A stretch of DNA of 64,000 nucleotides from Candidatus Kapaibacterium sp. (GTDB lineage Bacteria > Bacteroidota > Ignavibacteria > Kapaibacteriales > UBA2268). The position numbers and the translations under genes are program-made. The notes below the pieces were generated by a model that saw only the letters and a list, made by a program, of their open reading frames with translations, was not told the DNA's origin and made no database searches. The stretch spans positions 327,809 through 391,808 of the forward strand of contig OZ223198.1 of the NCBI GenBank assembly GCA_965140345.1. The letters run 5' to 3'. Positions 28,384 through 37,868 of this stretch are shown in pieces. Every line of letters starts with the position of its first letter. The stretch's first letter is position 1.

Positions 28384-29361
28384 CTATGATAGCTCTTCTC
28401 GTCTTCTAAGGAAGTAACTTATAAGCTCGTCTGGCAAGAAATTTTTCAAAGTTTGTTCGTTTTCTGTTCTAAAATATTCGTGTTTAGAATATTCTATCAA
28501 GCGAGCCAAGAAAATAATCCAATTAGAAATTTTTTCAAAACTGGTTGTTCCTGCGTGTTGCCTAAATTCCACAGAACCATGTCTCCAAAAAGCTCGGCTA
28601 TTTAATTTGTAATATCTATTTCTATGTGTAATTGAATTTTCTAGTCTTTCTAATCCGTCTTGCATCGAAGCTGTGTGGCCAACCGCATCTATCAATTCTT
28701 CAAAATTTGTTACTCTCATTGATTTACAATACCTATTGCTGGAGCCTCTTCTACTTTGTGGCATAAAAGAATCTATTAAATATTCAAGCTTAGCATAATT
28801 TTTGTACAAGTTTTTCCAAGTCTCAAGTTGAAAGTCAGAAGCATCAAAATGAATATGTAAGCCACAAGAGCGGTTTATCTTTGCACCTAAGCCTCGCAAA
28901 ATCAAGGTTACCGTTTTAAGTTGTCTCAAACCTGCCTCTCCAGTAAGTTTAGGACTAACCAATTCAAAAGTATTTGTTCCATTAAGTGAACCGTCTGTTG
29001 TGACTTTCCAATGATTTCTGGTTCGGTGATTATATCTTTCATGTTCCGTTGTGATACCTGCTGCAGTTAATTCAGTAACAAGTTCGTCTCTTGTTATTCC
29101 GAAGGCTTCAATCTCAACCCCAAAAGTGTGATTGAAAGTAAAATGTGTTAGGTTATAAGTTGCTTCTTCAACTACCTCTCTTAAGTTCCTTCTTCTTGAC
29201 CTCACCCTATCAGGATAAGATCGAGCAAAAACATTTTGTACGAAACCATAGCTACATCCCAATGCAACAGTTACTTCAGTTCTTGTTAATCCTAACTCTA
29301 GAAGTTGTTTTATTTTCCAAGTTTTGTTTTGATTTGCGTTTAAAATCTCTTGCCTTGTCAT
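28384..29361 (-). CDS. HTH domain fused to amidoligase (Amidoligase_2 / GCS2-like carboxylate-amine ligase)
   Basis: N-terminal HTH (KIKQLLELGLTRTEVTVALGCSYGFVQNVF). Ligase motifs FGVEIEAFG (G.E.E), ELVSP, GLHIHFD (H.H) and GSVEFRQHAGT (E.R) in the order seen in Amidoligase_2 / GCS2 enzymes. Confidence 0.55.
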   Translation of the reverse strand: MTRQEILNANQNKTWKIKQLLELGLTRTEVTVALGCSYGFVQNVFARSYPDRVRSRRRNLREVVEEATYNLTHFTFNHTFGVEIEAFGITRDELVTELTAAGITTEHERYNHRTRNHWKVTTDGSLNGTNTFELVSPKLTGEAGLRQLKTVTLILRGLGAKINRSCGLHIHFDASDFQLETWKNLYKNYAKLEYLIDSFMPQSRRGSSNRYCKSMRVTNFEELIDAVGHTASMQDGLERLENSITHRNRYYKLNSRAFWRHGSVEFRQHAGTTSFEKISNWIIFLARLIEYSKHEYFRTENEQTLKNFLPDELISYFLRRREELS

Positions 29362-29704
29362 GCTGTAACTCCATGTAATTCAATTACTTAACTAATTTCC
29401 TGTATCTAACTTAAGCTTATTTATGGAGTATATCAAGTTACTTTATAGTATGTATTGGGTAGTTTTCCTACTTGCATAATTATGGTATTTAGCTGATATT
29501 AAAGCTTGTTACATGCAAATAACTATACAATCTAGAATAAGAATATTGTAGTATATAATGTTACTATCTGTCAATATTGTTTGCAATGCAATTAACTTAC
29601 ATGGAGTATTTAAGTCTAAAGATTAACTTGGATTACGCAGCTATCCATGGCATATTGGAGTCATAAAAACAACATAACATATTTAATCATAAGGACTTAG
29701 AGAA

Positions 29705-30010
29705 ATGACAACAACAGAAATGACAAACCGATACGCAGAATTGACAAACCAATTGAGCGATTTTGAAAGTAAAGGATTGTGGGATTTAACTCCTCAACTT
29801 AAAGAAGAAATTGAAAAGCTTGAAGCTCTGCTAATTAGCCAGAAAGAACAACTTGAAATTGAGTGTGAGGATTTAGAAAGGAAATGGGATCTTCTACAAT
29901 ATGTAGATAGATTTACGAGCGCAGATAGAGCTTACAATGATAAACTTATTTATGAAAAACGTCAACGGATATTGGGAATTCAGGCAATTGAGGAGGTTTT
30001 AGCGGCTTAA
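29705..30010 (+). CDS. hypothetical coiled-coil protein
   Basis: 101 aa. Diverges from the amidoligase gene. Confidence 0.4.
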   Translation: MTTTEMTNRYAELTNQLSDFESKGLWDLTPQLKEEIEKLEALLISQKEQLEIECEDLERKWDLLQYVDRFTSADRAYNDKLIYEKRQRILGIQAIEEVLAA

Positions 30011-30410
30011 TTTTTTTCTTACCTTTGAAGCAATGCCTAATATAGTTAGGCTATTGCTCGTTGTGACAATGCTGTGCCCTGTTAATTAATGTCATATCTG
30101 TTACTTGCCTAAACTCCTTCACATAGCTAACTTAAGAAATTAGTCTCGCAAAGTCAAGTTAAAAAAGTTGCAAATAGCATCTTAAAGTACTTGTATTAAA
30201 GGACTTACTATTGCACATTAGACAATAAGTATTTTAACGTTTGTGGAGATACATGATTATGGAAAGCAATCAAAATATATCATCTTTGCTGCGAGAATTG
30301 GATAGAAAATTACACGAGATTATGGAGATACAACGCAAACAAGCCAACCAAAACGCAAAGGCTTGGCTGGCCGCTCCTATTGTTGTTAAGCACTCAATGA
30401 AGTTATAAAA

Positions 30411-30692
30411 TCAATGTTTCAACTCAGCTATCATTTCTTTTATCCGCCTTATAGGGAGTCCCGTAAGCTCTTCTAGCTTGTGACAAGAAAGAGTTTTATA
30501 ATTCTCTTTTATGACATCACGCATAAGAGCATTGTTCCTCTGTAGAGTTGGTACATAAATCGTTAGTGTCTCATGGTTCTTGAGTAAAGTTTTTACCGTT
30601 TCCAAACCGCTCTCTTCTACTATCTCCTGTAAAGAACCGTATCCTTGCATGTGTTCTTCTTTCAAATGTTTGAGGATGAAATCTTTATTCAT
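30411..30692 (-). CDS. hypothetical protein (93 aa)
   Basis: ORF track. First gene of the minus-strand replication operon. Confidence 0.35.
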   Translation of the reverse strand: MNKDFILKHLKEEHMQGYGSLQEIVEESGLETVKTLLKNHETLTIYVPTLQRNNALMRDVIKENYKTLSCHKLEELTGLPIRRIKEMIAELKH

Positions 30693-30733
30693 GGTAACTC
30701 CCTTATTTATTATAGTTTTGTTCTATCTTGCTG

Positions 30734-31021
30734 TCAATTGATGTATAATAATCTGGATTCAAAAAGCTGCGTATAATCAGCGAAATTATCTACCCAAAAT
30801 GCTACGCCATTAGCTTCATTTATCTTATCGATATTATATTTTTGTAGTGTAGTTGGTACCTTTCCCGGAGCTTTTACTTCTATTGCAAAGTACTTACCTT
30901 TAAAACAACCGTCAATATCCGGGATGCCACTCCTATTGCTGAGAACATTCTTCTTAACATAAGCACCTCTCTTTTTGAGATCCTTTATTATTCTAGCTTG
31001 CAATTGAGATTCTTGAGCCAT
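30734..31021 (-). CDS. VRR-NUC domain nuclease
   Basis: GIPDIDGCFKGKYFAIEVK carries the PD-(D/E)XK signature of VRR-NUC. Typical partner of phage SNF2 helicases. Confidence 0.7.
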   Translation of the reverse strand: MAQESQLQARIIKDLKKRGAYVKKNVLSNRSGIPDIDGCFKGKYFAIEVKAPGKVPTTLQKYNIDKINEANGVAFWVDNFADYTQLFESRLLYIN

Positions 31022-32249
31022 TTAAGTAGTCCCTTCTGAAGTAATACAATGTGTAACTTTTCTTTTTCTGAACAGCCTCTAGAACATTATCTTCAATTCC
31101 ATTCTTGGCAAATATCCAATGAACATAAACCGGTGCTTCTCTATCTTGAGTTTGAAGTCGAGCTCTTACCTGCCAGTATATTGTTGATGAAAAATCTATG
31201 TTATAGAGGACTAAATAATCCGCAGTTGATAGATTAGTTCCCATTGAACCGGATTGCATCTGGGAAATAAATACTTTATCCGAGGATTGATTGAATTCTT
31301 CAGGAGATTCAGTGTGATTTGTAAATATCTTTTTAAGAGTCATGCCTTCGGCAATGAATTTGTAAAAGATTGCAATTTTTTTCCCTTTGTATTTCTCTTG
31401 AATAAACTTTGCTTTTGAAGTGTCTAGTATCAAATATTCACCGGATTCGGACTTGACTGTCCCGGAAGAAAGCTGATGTAATTTGTTTTGAAGCTTAACA
31501 GGTGTATCGCATACAACCTCTTCATCCTGGCGTTTAAATTTGTAGTACTTGTTTTTAACCAGGTGATCCATTAGGAGATATATTTGTCTGTCCATTTCAA
31601 CATAAAAGACTTCTTCTTGCAAGTCTGCAGTTTTAAAACCGGCTTCTTTTTGCGTAAAGCTGATTAAATAAGGAGATATCACTTCAGAAATTTCCTCTTT
31701 TTTTGCAGCTGCGTAATCGTTAATAGAGTAGCCATTGATTATTCTTTCTTTGACATTCACGAACTCTTTTGCCCATTTATAAAAGTTTTTATGCTTGAAT
31801 GGAGAGTTGTCAGAAATCCAAAATTGGTGATATATTTGAGAATGTGTTTCAGGTGAAGGAGTTCCACTTAGTAAAACAAGTGGTTTATTTTTTACAATCT
31901 CTTTTAGTTGCTTTGTTCTCTTTGACGGTTTCGGGAACGCACTAATACTATGAGCTTCATCGACAATAATAAAATCGTATGATTCTAGATCTTCAAGCTT
32001 ATGTATGCTTTCAAAGTTAATGATTTTGATTTGATAGTCATGTCCTTCGTCATCATAGTCTGCCTGGATAGATTTGATTGCTTTTTTCTTGGTAACAAAA
32101 AGTACCTTCTTAGCTTTATACATGTTGGCAAGCTCTAGAGCTATTCTTGATTTACCAACACGCATTTCGATAGCAAGGTAAACAATCAATAGCTCATTTA
32201 GTATTTGGAAAGCTTGATTAGCAATATTTCTTTGGTAATCTCTTAGCAT
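30993..32249 (-). CDS. SNF2-family DEAD/DEAH helicase
   Basis: DEAH box (FIIVDEAHSI) and motif III LLSGTP. Directly upstream of VRR-NUC. Confidence 0.7.
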   Translation of the reverse strand: MLRDYQRNIANQAFQILNELLIVYLAIEMRVGKSRIALELANMYKAKKVLFVTKKKAIKSIQADYDDEGHDYQIKIINFESIHKLEDLESYDFIIVDEAHSISAFPKPSKRTKQLKEIVKNKPLVLLSGTPSPETHSQIYHQFWISDNSPFKHKNFYKWAKEFVNVKERIINGYSINDYAAAKKEEISEVISPYLISFTQKEAGFKTADLQEEVFYVEMDRQIYLLMDHLVKNKYYKFKRQDEEVVCDTPVKLQNKLHQLSSGTVKSESGEYLILDTSKAKFIQEKYKGKKIAIFYKFIAEGMTLKKIFTNHTESPEEFNQSSDKVFISQMQSGSMGTNLSTADYLVLYNIDFSSTIYWQVRARLQTQDREAPVYVHWIFAKNGIEDNVLEAVQKKKSYTLYYFRRDYLNGSRISIAS

Positions 32250-32941
32250 CTTTCTTTGGCCTTGTATGGTTCTTGAAAAGCTTGATCAGGATGCTCAATC
32301 AATTTGAAAGTTGATTTTAGCGTATGAGTAAAACTTACAATATCCCGGTCATTTATTTCTTCTAGTTCAAGCACTTCCTTCTCTGAATAGACTGCACCTT
32401 TTTCGAACTGAATCATCTTAGTTTCAGGATTCCATGTAAAGTGCTCTTGAAATGTGTCTGAAAAGTATCTTTTAGCATAGCTAGCATACTTTTGAGCTTC
32501 TAGTTTAGATATTTGTTCCTGATAAGCCAGGATATGTAATTCAAGAGCAGGATATTGCTGTACTAGAGGTTCAAGTTTTAACATTTCAGTGTAAATTCTA
32601 GCTATCTCAGCTTGTATATCTCCTTTAAATTTAGTATCTTGCGTAGTTTCTACTGCTGATTTAAAGGTGGTATTTACTTCGTTCTTAAAAAAACTTGTCT
32701 CAACTTGATTGTTACTTTTGCCTTTATTATCATGTTGAGGCGTCCGGAAATTTGAATCGCTATCTTGGGTTGATTTTTGGCTCTGATTTTCAGCAATTTT
32801 GAAATTTGACAATTCAGCTTGAATCTTACCAATTCGCTGGTTACAGACATTTTTGTCGGCTTCTGTTGTTGCTTCTTTCAGCTTCAGTTGCCATTTTTCA
32901 AGATTTTTGCTTAACTGTTCTGCACGCTCCATTGGGGTCAC
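32243..32941 (-). CDS. hypothetical coiled-coil protein
   Basis: 232 aa, coupled to the helicase. Confidence 0.35.
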   Translation of the reverse strand: MTPMERAEQLSKNLEKWQLKLKEATTEADKNVCNQRIGKIQAELSNFKIAENQSQKSTQDSDSNFRTPQHDNKGKSNNQVETSFFKNEVNTTFKSAVETTQDTKFKGDIQAEIARIYTEMLKLEPLVQQYPALELHILAYQEQISKLEAQKYASYAKRYFSDTFQEHFTWNPETKMIQFEKGAVYSEKEVLELEEINDRDIVSFTHTLKSTFKLIEHPDQAFQEPYKAKERC

Positions 32942-33019
32942 CCTAAAAAGTGTCTAATATTAACCATAATGATAGAGAAATAATAATAACATTTAGATAA
33001 AAACTTTATCATAAATTAG

Positions 33020-33262
33020 CGTTTCATTTTCCCCATTTTCCCTAAATCGAAAAAAAATAATATTCATAATTATTGACATTTCCTTTGATTTTTATAAAAT
33101 ATAGCCTATTTAAAATTAAAGAGGGAAAACGGGGAAAACGGGGAATAATATCCGGAAAGTTGCCCTACGAGGAACATAGGAATTTTCATTATAGGGAGAA
33201 AACCCCAGAGCCTACCCCATTTTCCCCTTTTTCCCTTATTAAAGTCTGTTAATCGAAAAACA
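33020..33262. promoter_or_regulatory. iteron cluster / candidate replication origin
   Basis: GGGGAAAAC-type repeats: GGGAAAACGGGGAAAACGGGG at 33123-33143, GGGAGAAAACCCC at 33194-33206, and inverted copies CATTTTCCCCATTTTCCC at 33025-33042 and CCCCATTTTCCCCTTTTTCCC at 33215-33237. They flank an AT-rich spacer. AATCGAAAAA occurs at both edges. The cluster lies just downstream of the primase-helicase gene. Confidence 0.45.
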
Positions 33263-33268
33263 CCTGTA

Positions 33269-35602
33269 TCAAAATGCTGATTGTTGGTCTGCATGTCTTA
33301 CTCCTATACCAATAAAATGTTTCTTTTTTCCGTTACGTATTTCACTCTTTATGAAATCTTTTTCCTCAATACAAGCATAGAATTTTTTCTTGCCTAGAGG
33401 ATACTCTTTATTCTCATCGCAGAATTCTGCATATTTTTTATACAAATCAATTGCAACAACATATTTTGTAGATGCTATTTCGCAGCACTCATTCATAAAT
33501 TCGAGAACCTTGTCTTGTTCTTCCCGGTATTCCTGAGTAGCTTTAAGAACAGATTTGGGAGGTTTAAGACCATTTTTTTGATAATCCACCCATCCTTCTA
33601 TCACCCAGTTGAGGATACCACTCTTTTCTCGCTCGAAATCGGCCATTAATTCCTGTTGTGGGCGTCTTTCTGCCTCAGGTATGGTTACGGTGAAGGGAAT
33701 CATACAAATACGCCTCCAGATGCCTGCATCTGTCCCTTTGATGTTTGGTTTATGATTGCCATAAATCCAAAGAGTGTGCGTAGGTATAAATTCAAAGAAT
33801 TCCTTATGCAAGAATCTTCCTAGAATAGGGTCACCACCTGTAAGATCTTTTACTTTATTTTCGTTGAATGCCTTGTTCTCAGGAAGCTCTGCAGCAGTTA
33901 CCAAACGTGCAGCAGGAAGACGAGCTATGTCGTTCGGAATAGAATCATTTTGATTTACCATTAGCATTTCAGTAGGAGCTTTTTGGAAATAAGTTCCGAA
34001 TATCATTTTCAGGACATTGAAGAAAACAGATTTACCATTCTTACCCGTGCCGTAACAGAAGAAAAGTACTTCTTCAAGATGAGCTCCGCACATTGTAAGT
34101 CCTAGGGCTCTCTGGACAAACTTGATAAGTTCTATATCCTGGTTAAATATTGTTTCCATTGAGTCTTCAAAAGAATAACATTTTGCTTCAGGATCATAGA
34201 AAGCTTCACTTACTTTAGAGAGCATTCTAGTTGATTTGTGAGGTAGAAACTCATTAGTTTTTAGGTTGTAAGTACCATTTTGAGTGTTGAATAAATAGTT
34301 ATTCTGGTCAAAATCAGTTTGAAGGCAAGCGACATTACTTTCTTTAGAGGCTAAATCCAGTAATGCACTTATTGAGTTTCTGGACTCTGATTTAGAAGCA
34401 TGCTTAAAAAGATTTTGCTTCTTCTCTTCGCTATGAAGTCTGGTAAGTTCATCATACATATTCCGTACACAGCTTTTTGCATAAGCATAAACTTCACCTT
34501 TAAGAGCTGCATCCCAATATTTCCCATTCCAAATGTGCCATTTACCGGAAGTATGATTAAAGCGAAGGACATTTTTATACGCATCAACAAAACGTTCAGC
34601 ATTACCCATATCAGTATTCTGATATTCTTTTTCCTGAGTAAGCTTATTAATAAGAGAACCGTTATTCGTAACCTCGTACTTTGAGTAATGGCTGTCTGGG
34701 AAAAGTATGGATGTATCAAAACCATAGTTCTTAGCATGATAAACAACAGTACCTATCCCAAATTTTTCCCCACGGTTTTGTATTCGGTACTTCGTTCCTC
34801 TTTCAGTATCCGGACTCCATTCGTCTATAAGAGAAATAGCAGTAGCCTCATCAAAGTAATTTCCTACTGCGGAGACAATACCAAACCACTCGATGTATTC
34901 CATTTGCGCAGGGATATGAGAAAGCATTTCTGCAACTTGTTCTTTTGTTAGATTGCCATTTAAGCCACGCTGTTTATATTCTTTCTGTTCAGTTTCTCTT
35001 TTATCTTTTTCGATTTTGATAGCATCAACCATAGCTTGGCTGAGAGTATTATCTCCGTAAATATGATATTTACAATCTTTATTACCGTAAGAAATCCTTT
35101 CAATGTTTTTGCAAGAAGGATCAGCACCATATTTATCTATGAGACCGGCAGCGATATTGAAATATTCATTTGCATCAGTAACTCTGTTAGTAAAAGCGAA
35201 AACTATTCTCAAGCGATGATGATCTTCTGTGTGAGAAGGTGTTGTATAAATAAACAAAGCATTTTTACGAAGCCAGGAGTCGTTTATACAGTTTTCCCAG
35301 GATAGGTAACCGTTACTTTCAGTCTTCTTAGATTTATCGTACTTTTTTGTATCTTTGTTATAGTGAGAAACGGTATTATCAATGTCTATAGCTATTAGAT
35401 CAGCCCCCACGATATCACTCGTAGAGGGCTTTTTAACAGACGCTTTGGGTTTGAGAACACCGCCGGTGAAGGCGATCCCTTGAGATACGTGATTGAGAAT
35501 AGACTGAGCGTCCAACTTAACCTTTACCCATCCCGGACTTCTTGGGTCACCTTTACCGATAATATTTTTATTTATACTAAGTTCGAATTCTAAATTCTTC
35601 AT
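33269..35602 (-). CDS. DNA primase-helicase (PrimPol/D5_N + P4-type C-terminal helicase)
   Basis: 777 aa. Walker A CYGTGKNGKS in the C-terminal NTPase typical of the phage/plasmid primase P4 family. Confidence 0.8.
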   Translation of the reverse strand: MKNLEFELSINKNIIGKGDPRSPGWVKVKLDAQSILNHVSQGIAFTGGVLKPKASVKKPSTSDIVGADLIAIDIDNTVSHYNKDTKKYDKSKKTESNGYLSWENCINDSWLRKNALFIYTTPSHTEDHHRLRIVFAFTNRVTDANEYFNIAAGLIDKYGADPSCKNIERISYGNKDCKYHIYGDNTLSQAMVDAIKIEKDKRETEQKEYKQRGLNGNLTKEQVAEMLSHIPAQMEYIEWFGIVSAVGNYFDEATAISLIDEWSPDTERGTKYRIQNRGEKFGIGTVVYHAKNYGFDTSILFPDSHYSKYEVTNNGSLINKLTQEKEYQNTDMGNAERFVDAYKNVLRFNHTSGKWHIWNGKYWDAALKGEVYAYAKSCVRNMYDELTRLHSEEKKQNLFKHASKSESRNSISALLDLASKESNVACLQTDFDQNNYLFNTQNGTYNLKTNEFLPHKSTRMLSKVSEAFYDPEAKCYSFEDSMETIFNQDIELIKFVQRALGLTMCGAHLEEVLFFCYGTGKNGKSVFFNVLKMIFGTYFQKAPTEMLMVNQNDSIPNDIARLPAARLVTAAELPENKAFNENKVKDLTGGDPILGRFLHKEFFEFIPTHTLWIYGNHKPNIKGTDAGIWRRICMIPFTVTIPEAERRPQQELMADFEREKSGILNWVIEGWVDYQKNGLKPPKSVLKATQEYREEQDKVLEFMNECCEIASTKYVVAIDLYKKYAEFCDENKEYPLGKKKFYACIEEKDFIKSEIRNGKKKHFIGIGVRHADQQSAF

Positions 35603-35605
35603 ATG

Positions 35606-36097
35606 TTAGCTCCATAGCAATTCTTGAGCTGCCTTGGTTAAGTTATTTCTCTGTATAAATTTCTTTTTGATGTTTTCAGGGAAGTCTTGGATATCGACAT
35701 TATCTAAATACCAGTCGTATTCCTTAGCTGTTACCTTCCGTTTCTTCTCTTTCCTTTTTTTTGCCTCTAAATCTCTCACAGCGTTTTCCAGCATGCTAAT
35801 CGACTCATCAGTCATCTTCGCCTTAAAAAGCTTGGCAAACTTCTTTTTGAGAGCAATTGAGGACATCTTTTCAATACCATGATCTATAATGACTACTTCT
35901 CCTCTCGGACTTCGCCAACATTCCTTACCTGCTTGTAGATGTTTGATGTAAGGCTTGAGATTCATTCTGTCGTCAAACTTCTTTTCAATAGTTGAAAGGT
36001 AGACATTAGTCATAGTCATTAGTAATTCTTTGGCCATTACAATTCTTTGATATTCAGAGATTTGTTCGGCAGTCGGTTCGAATATTGTTCCTTGCAT
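35606..36097 (-). CDS. hypothetical protein
   Basis: 163 aa, basic C-terminus. Confidence 0.35.
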   Translation of the reverse strand: MQGTIFEPTAEQISEYQRIVMAKELLMTMTNVYLSTIEKKFDDRMNLKPYIKHLQAGKECWRSPRGEVVIIDHGIEKMSSIALKKKFAKLFKAKMTDESISMLENAVRDLEAKKRKEKKRKVTAKEYDWYLDNVDIQDFPENIKKKFIQRNNLTKAAQELLWS

Positions 36098-36109
36098 TTT
36101 GGATCATCC

Positions 36110-36559
36110 TTAGTATTCAATTTCTTCTTCTTCATTGTACTCTATTTCGTTACTAGGCAGAAGTTGATAAACTACCTCTTCAGCTTCTTCTTCTTGATCA
36201 GATGATTCATCATCCTCATCAAACATGCTTCTTTGTTCTCCTACTGGAATAGGGCATTGTTTAATCAATTCATTAGTTTCAGCATTGTAGAAATAGCGAA
36301 TATTGTTTTCTTCATCATCTTCTACTTTGCATTCAATTTCCCTCATCTCATAACCGAGTTGAATTTTGAGAGATATTTCTGATATGTTTTTTTCTTTCTC
36401 TTTAATTTGAGAGCTGAGGTAGCTATTAGAGTTTTTCTTTTCTGATTCGAGTTGAGTTCTTTCTTTTATCTCGTCACTTATTTTATGAGCGAGTTCATTG
36501 ATTTCTTCTTGAGAATATTCATATTTATGATCAATAGTAGTTCTCATTATCATCCTCAT
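36110..36559 (-). CDS. hypothetical acidic protein
   Basis: 149 aa, highly acidic C-terminus. Confidence 0.35.
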   Translation of the reverse strand: MRMIMRTTIDHKYEYSQEEINELAHKISDEIKERTQLESEKKNSNSYLSSQIKEKEKNISEISLKIQLGYEMREIECKVEDDEENNIRYFYNAETNELIKQCPIPVGEQRSMFDEDDESSDQEEEAEEVVYQLLPSNEIEYNEEEEIEY

Positions 36560-36582
36560 TTAGATTTGGTAAAAAGCTAGAT

Positions 36583-36960
36583 TTAGTTTTGTCTATGAGA
36601 GATAGAAACTAGTGAAATATCAGTCGGAACATTTTGCTCTGTATCATTGATAAGATCCGCTACTAAACAGATTGCTTTTTTAAATTCCGGAGAATCAGTA
36701 GCCATTACTGCAAGGAGGAAACATAGATCTTCAATAGATCCATGGTATGTGCCTTTATAAGTATTCTTTGTTCTTCCATTCTCTTTTAGAATTTTAGCAT
36801 TTTCCAGATTGATAAAAATTTTGTCTGCCATGTTATCCCTCATAATGTATTGGTAGATTAATAGCCACTGCAATAGCGTGTTCAGCAGTCGCACCTTTTG
36901 ATTGTTCCCAGCCTTTAAGCATGTAAATAGCATCAGCTTTGAACAGATGTTTAATATCAA
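36583..36960 (-). CDS. hypothetical protein (true start probably internal MADK, about 80 aa)
   Basis: The ORF-track N-terminus overlaps the upstream gene in another frame. Confidence 0.3.
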   Translation of the reverse strand: MILNICSKLMLFTCLKAGNNQKVRLLNTLLQWLLIYQYIMRDNMADKIFINLENAKILKENGRTKNTYKGTYHGSIEDLCFLLAVMATDSPEFKKAICLVADLINDTEQNVPTDISLVSISHRQN

Positions 36961-37138
36961 ATTTGAAATATTGGTAATAGCTTGGTGTTTTCTTCATTTT
37001 GGCAGCCAAGCATTCTCCAAGTTTGACAGGATTTATGACATTCCAATCTCCTTCAAGTAGGCTCTCTGCCTTGTTAAACATTTCTATATAATTTTCTGAT
37101 CCGGTGATTCGTCCGGATAAGTATATAGTTCTGAGCAT
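36833..37138 (-). CDS. DUF4406-like protein (nucleoside 2-deoxyribosyltransferase-like fold, tentative)
   Basis: N-terminal IYLSGRITG...NPV pattern resembles DUF4406 family members common in phages. Confidence 0.35.
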   Translation of the reverse strand: MLRTIYLSGRITGSENYIEMFNKAESLLEGDWNVINPVKLGECLAAKMKKTPSYYQYFKFDIKHLFKADAIYMLKGWEQSKGATAEHAIAVAINLPIHYEG

Positions 37139-37197
37139 AGTTATTCCTTTAGGTTATTTAATGCCCTGAGCTGTTGGTTACCCAGGGCATTATCTTT

Positions 37198-37866
37198 TTA
37201 GAAATTTATTTCGTCCTCGGCGGTACATTCTTCTAACTCTACTGGTCCGGTTTCATTTCCGAAAGCAACTTTAGTTTGCATTTTAGAAGCAAGATCTTCA
37301 ACCCAAGCCATTCTTTCTGTATTGTTGTACACAGGTTGTCCATTATTATGGAAATGAACTTCACCTCCTTTGCCATCTGGAACCATAACTGGTATAACTT
37401 TTGGGATCTCTTCGATTTGATACTTCCAAGAAAGTTTTTCGTTATTGTGGTAAACAACAATTCCTGTTTTATTTTTGCCGTTGGTATAAGCTCCTATCTT
37501 AATTTTTCCAATATTACCTTCAATAGATGCTAAGCAGTTAAGAAATGCTTGGAAAGAATAGCTTTCGTAGCCACAAGACCATACAAACTGTTTTTCTTCC
37601 TCATCTACAAAGTCAATGTTCCAAGTCTTGAACTTTTTACCATTGAACTCTGCTTCGGATTGCGAAATAGAAGTGACATTGCCTTCAAGGAAATTGAAAC
37701 AGATATCCACTTTCTTTTGTTGATTTTTATCAACTCTCTCTATTACGGCTCTTGCTTGTTCCAGAAGATTAGAATATTTGTCCTGATCTCCCGGTTTGAT
37801 TGAGATAACAATTGCACCATTTGCAACTTTGAAATATGTTTTAGGTGAATAATTTCCGAATCCCAT
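37198..37866 (-). CDS. putative ssDNA-binding protein (DUF669-like) with acidic C-terminal tail
   Basis: 222 aa ending ...EECTAEDEINF, reminiscent of SSB acidic tips. Positioned beside the nuclease gene as in phage recombination/replication modules. Confidence 0.35.
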   Translation of the reverse strand: MGFGNYSPKTYFKVANGAIVISIKPGDQDKYSNLLEQARAVIERVDKNQQKKVDICFNFLEGNVTSISQSEAEFNGKKFKTWNIDFVDEEEKQFVWSCGYESYSFQAFLNCLASIEGNIGKIKIGAYTNGKNKTGIVVYHNNEKLSWKYQIEEIPKVIPVMVPDGKGGEVHFHNNGQPVYNNTERMAWVEDLASKMQTKVAFGNETGPVELEECTAEDEINF

Positions 37867-37868
37867 GA

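Noticed and set aside
33020-33240. Possible CRISPR array because of repeated GGGGAAAAC units
   Set aside because: Units are only about 9 bp, occur in both orientations, and have no regular 30-40-bp spacers. This is an iteron-like layout, not CRISPR.
33106-33294. 62-aa minus-strand ORF in the track
   Set aside because: It lies entirely over the GGGGAAAAC iteron cluster. The low-complexity translation (..GKRGKWGRLWGF..) derives from the repeats, so it is most likely non-coding origin or regulatory DNA.
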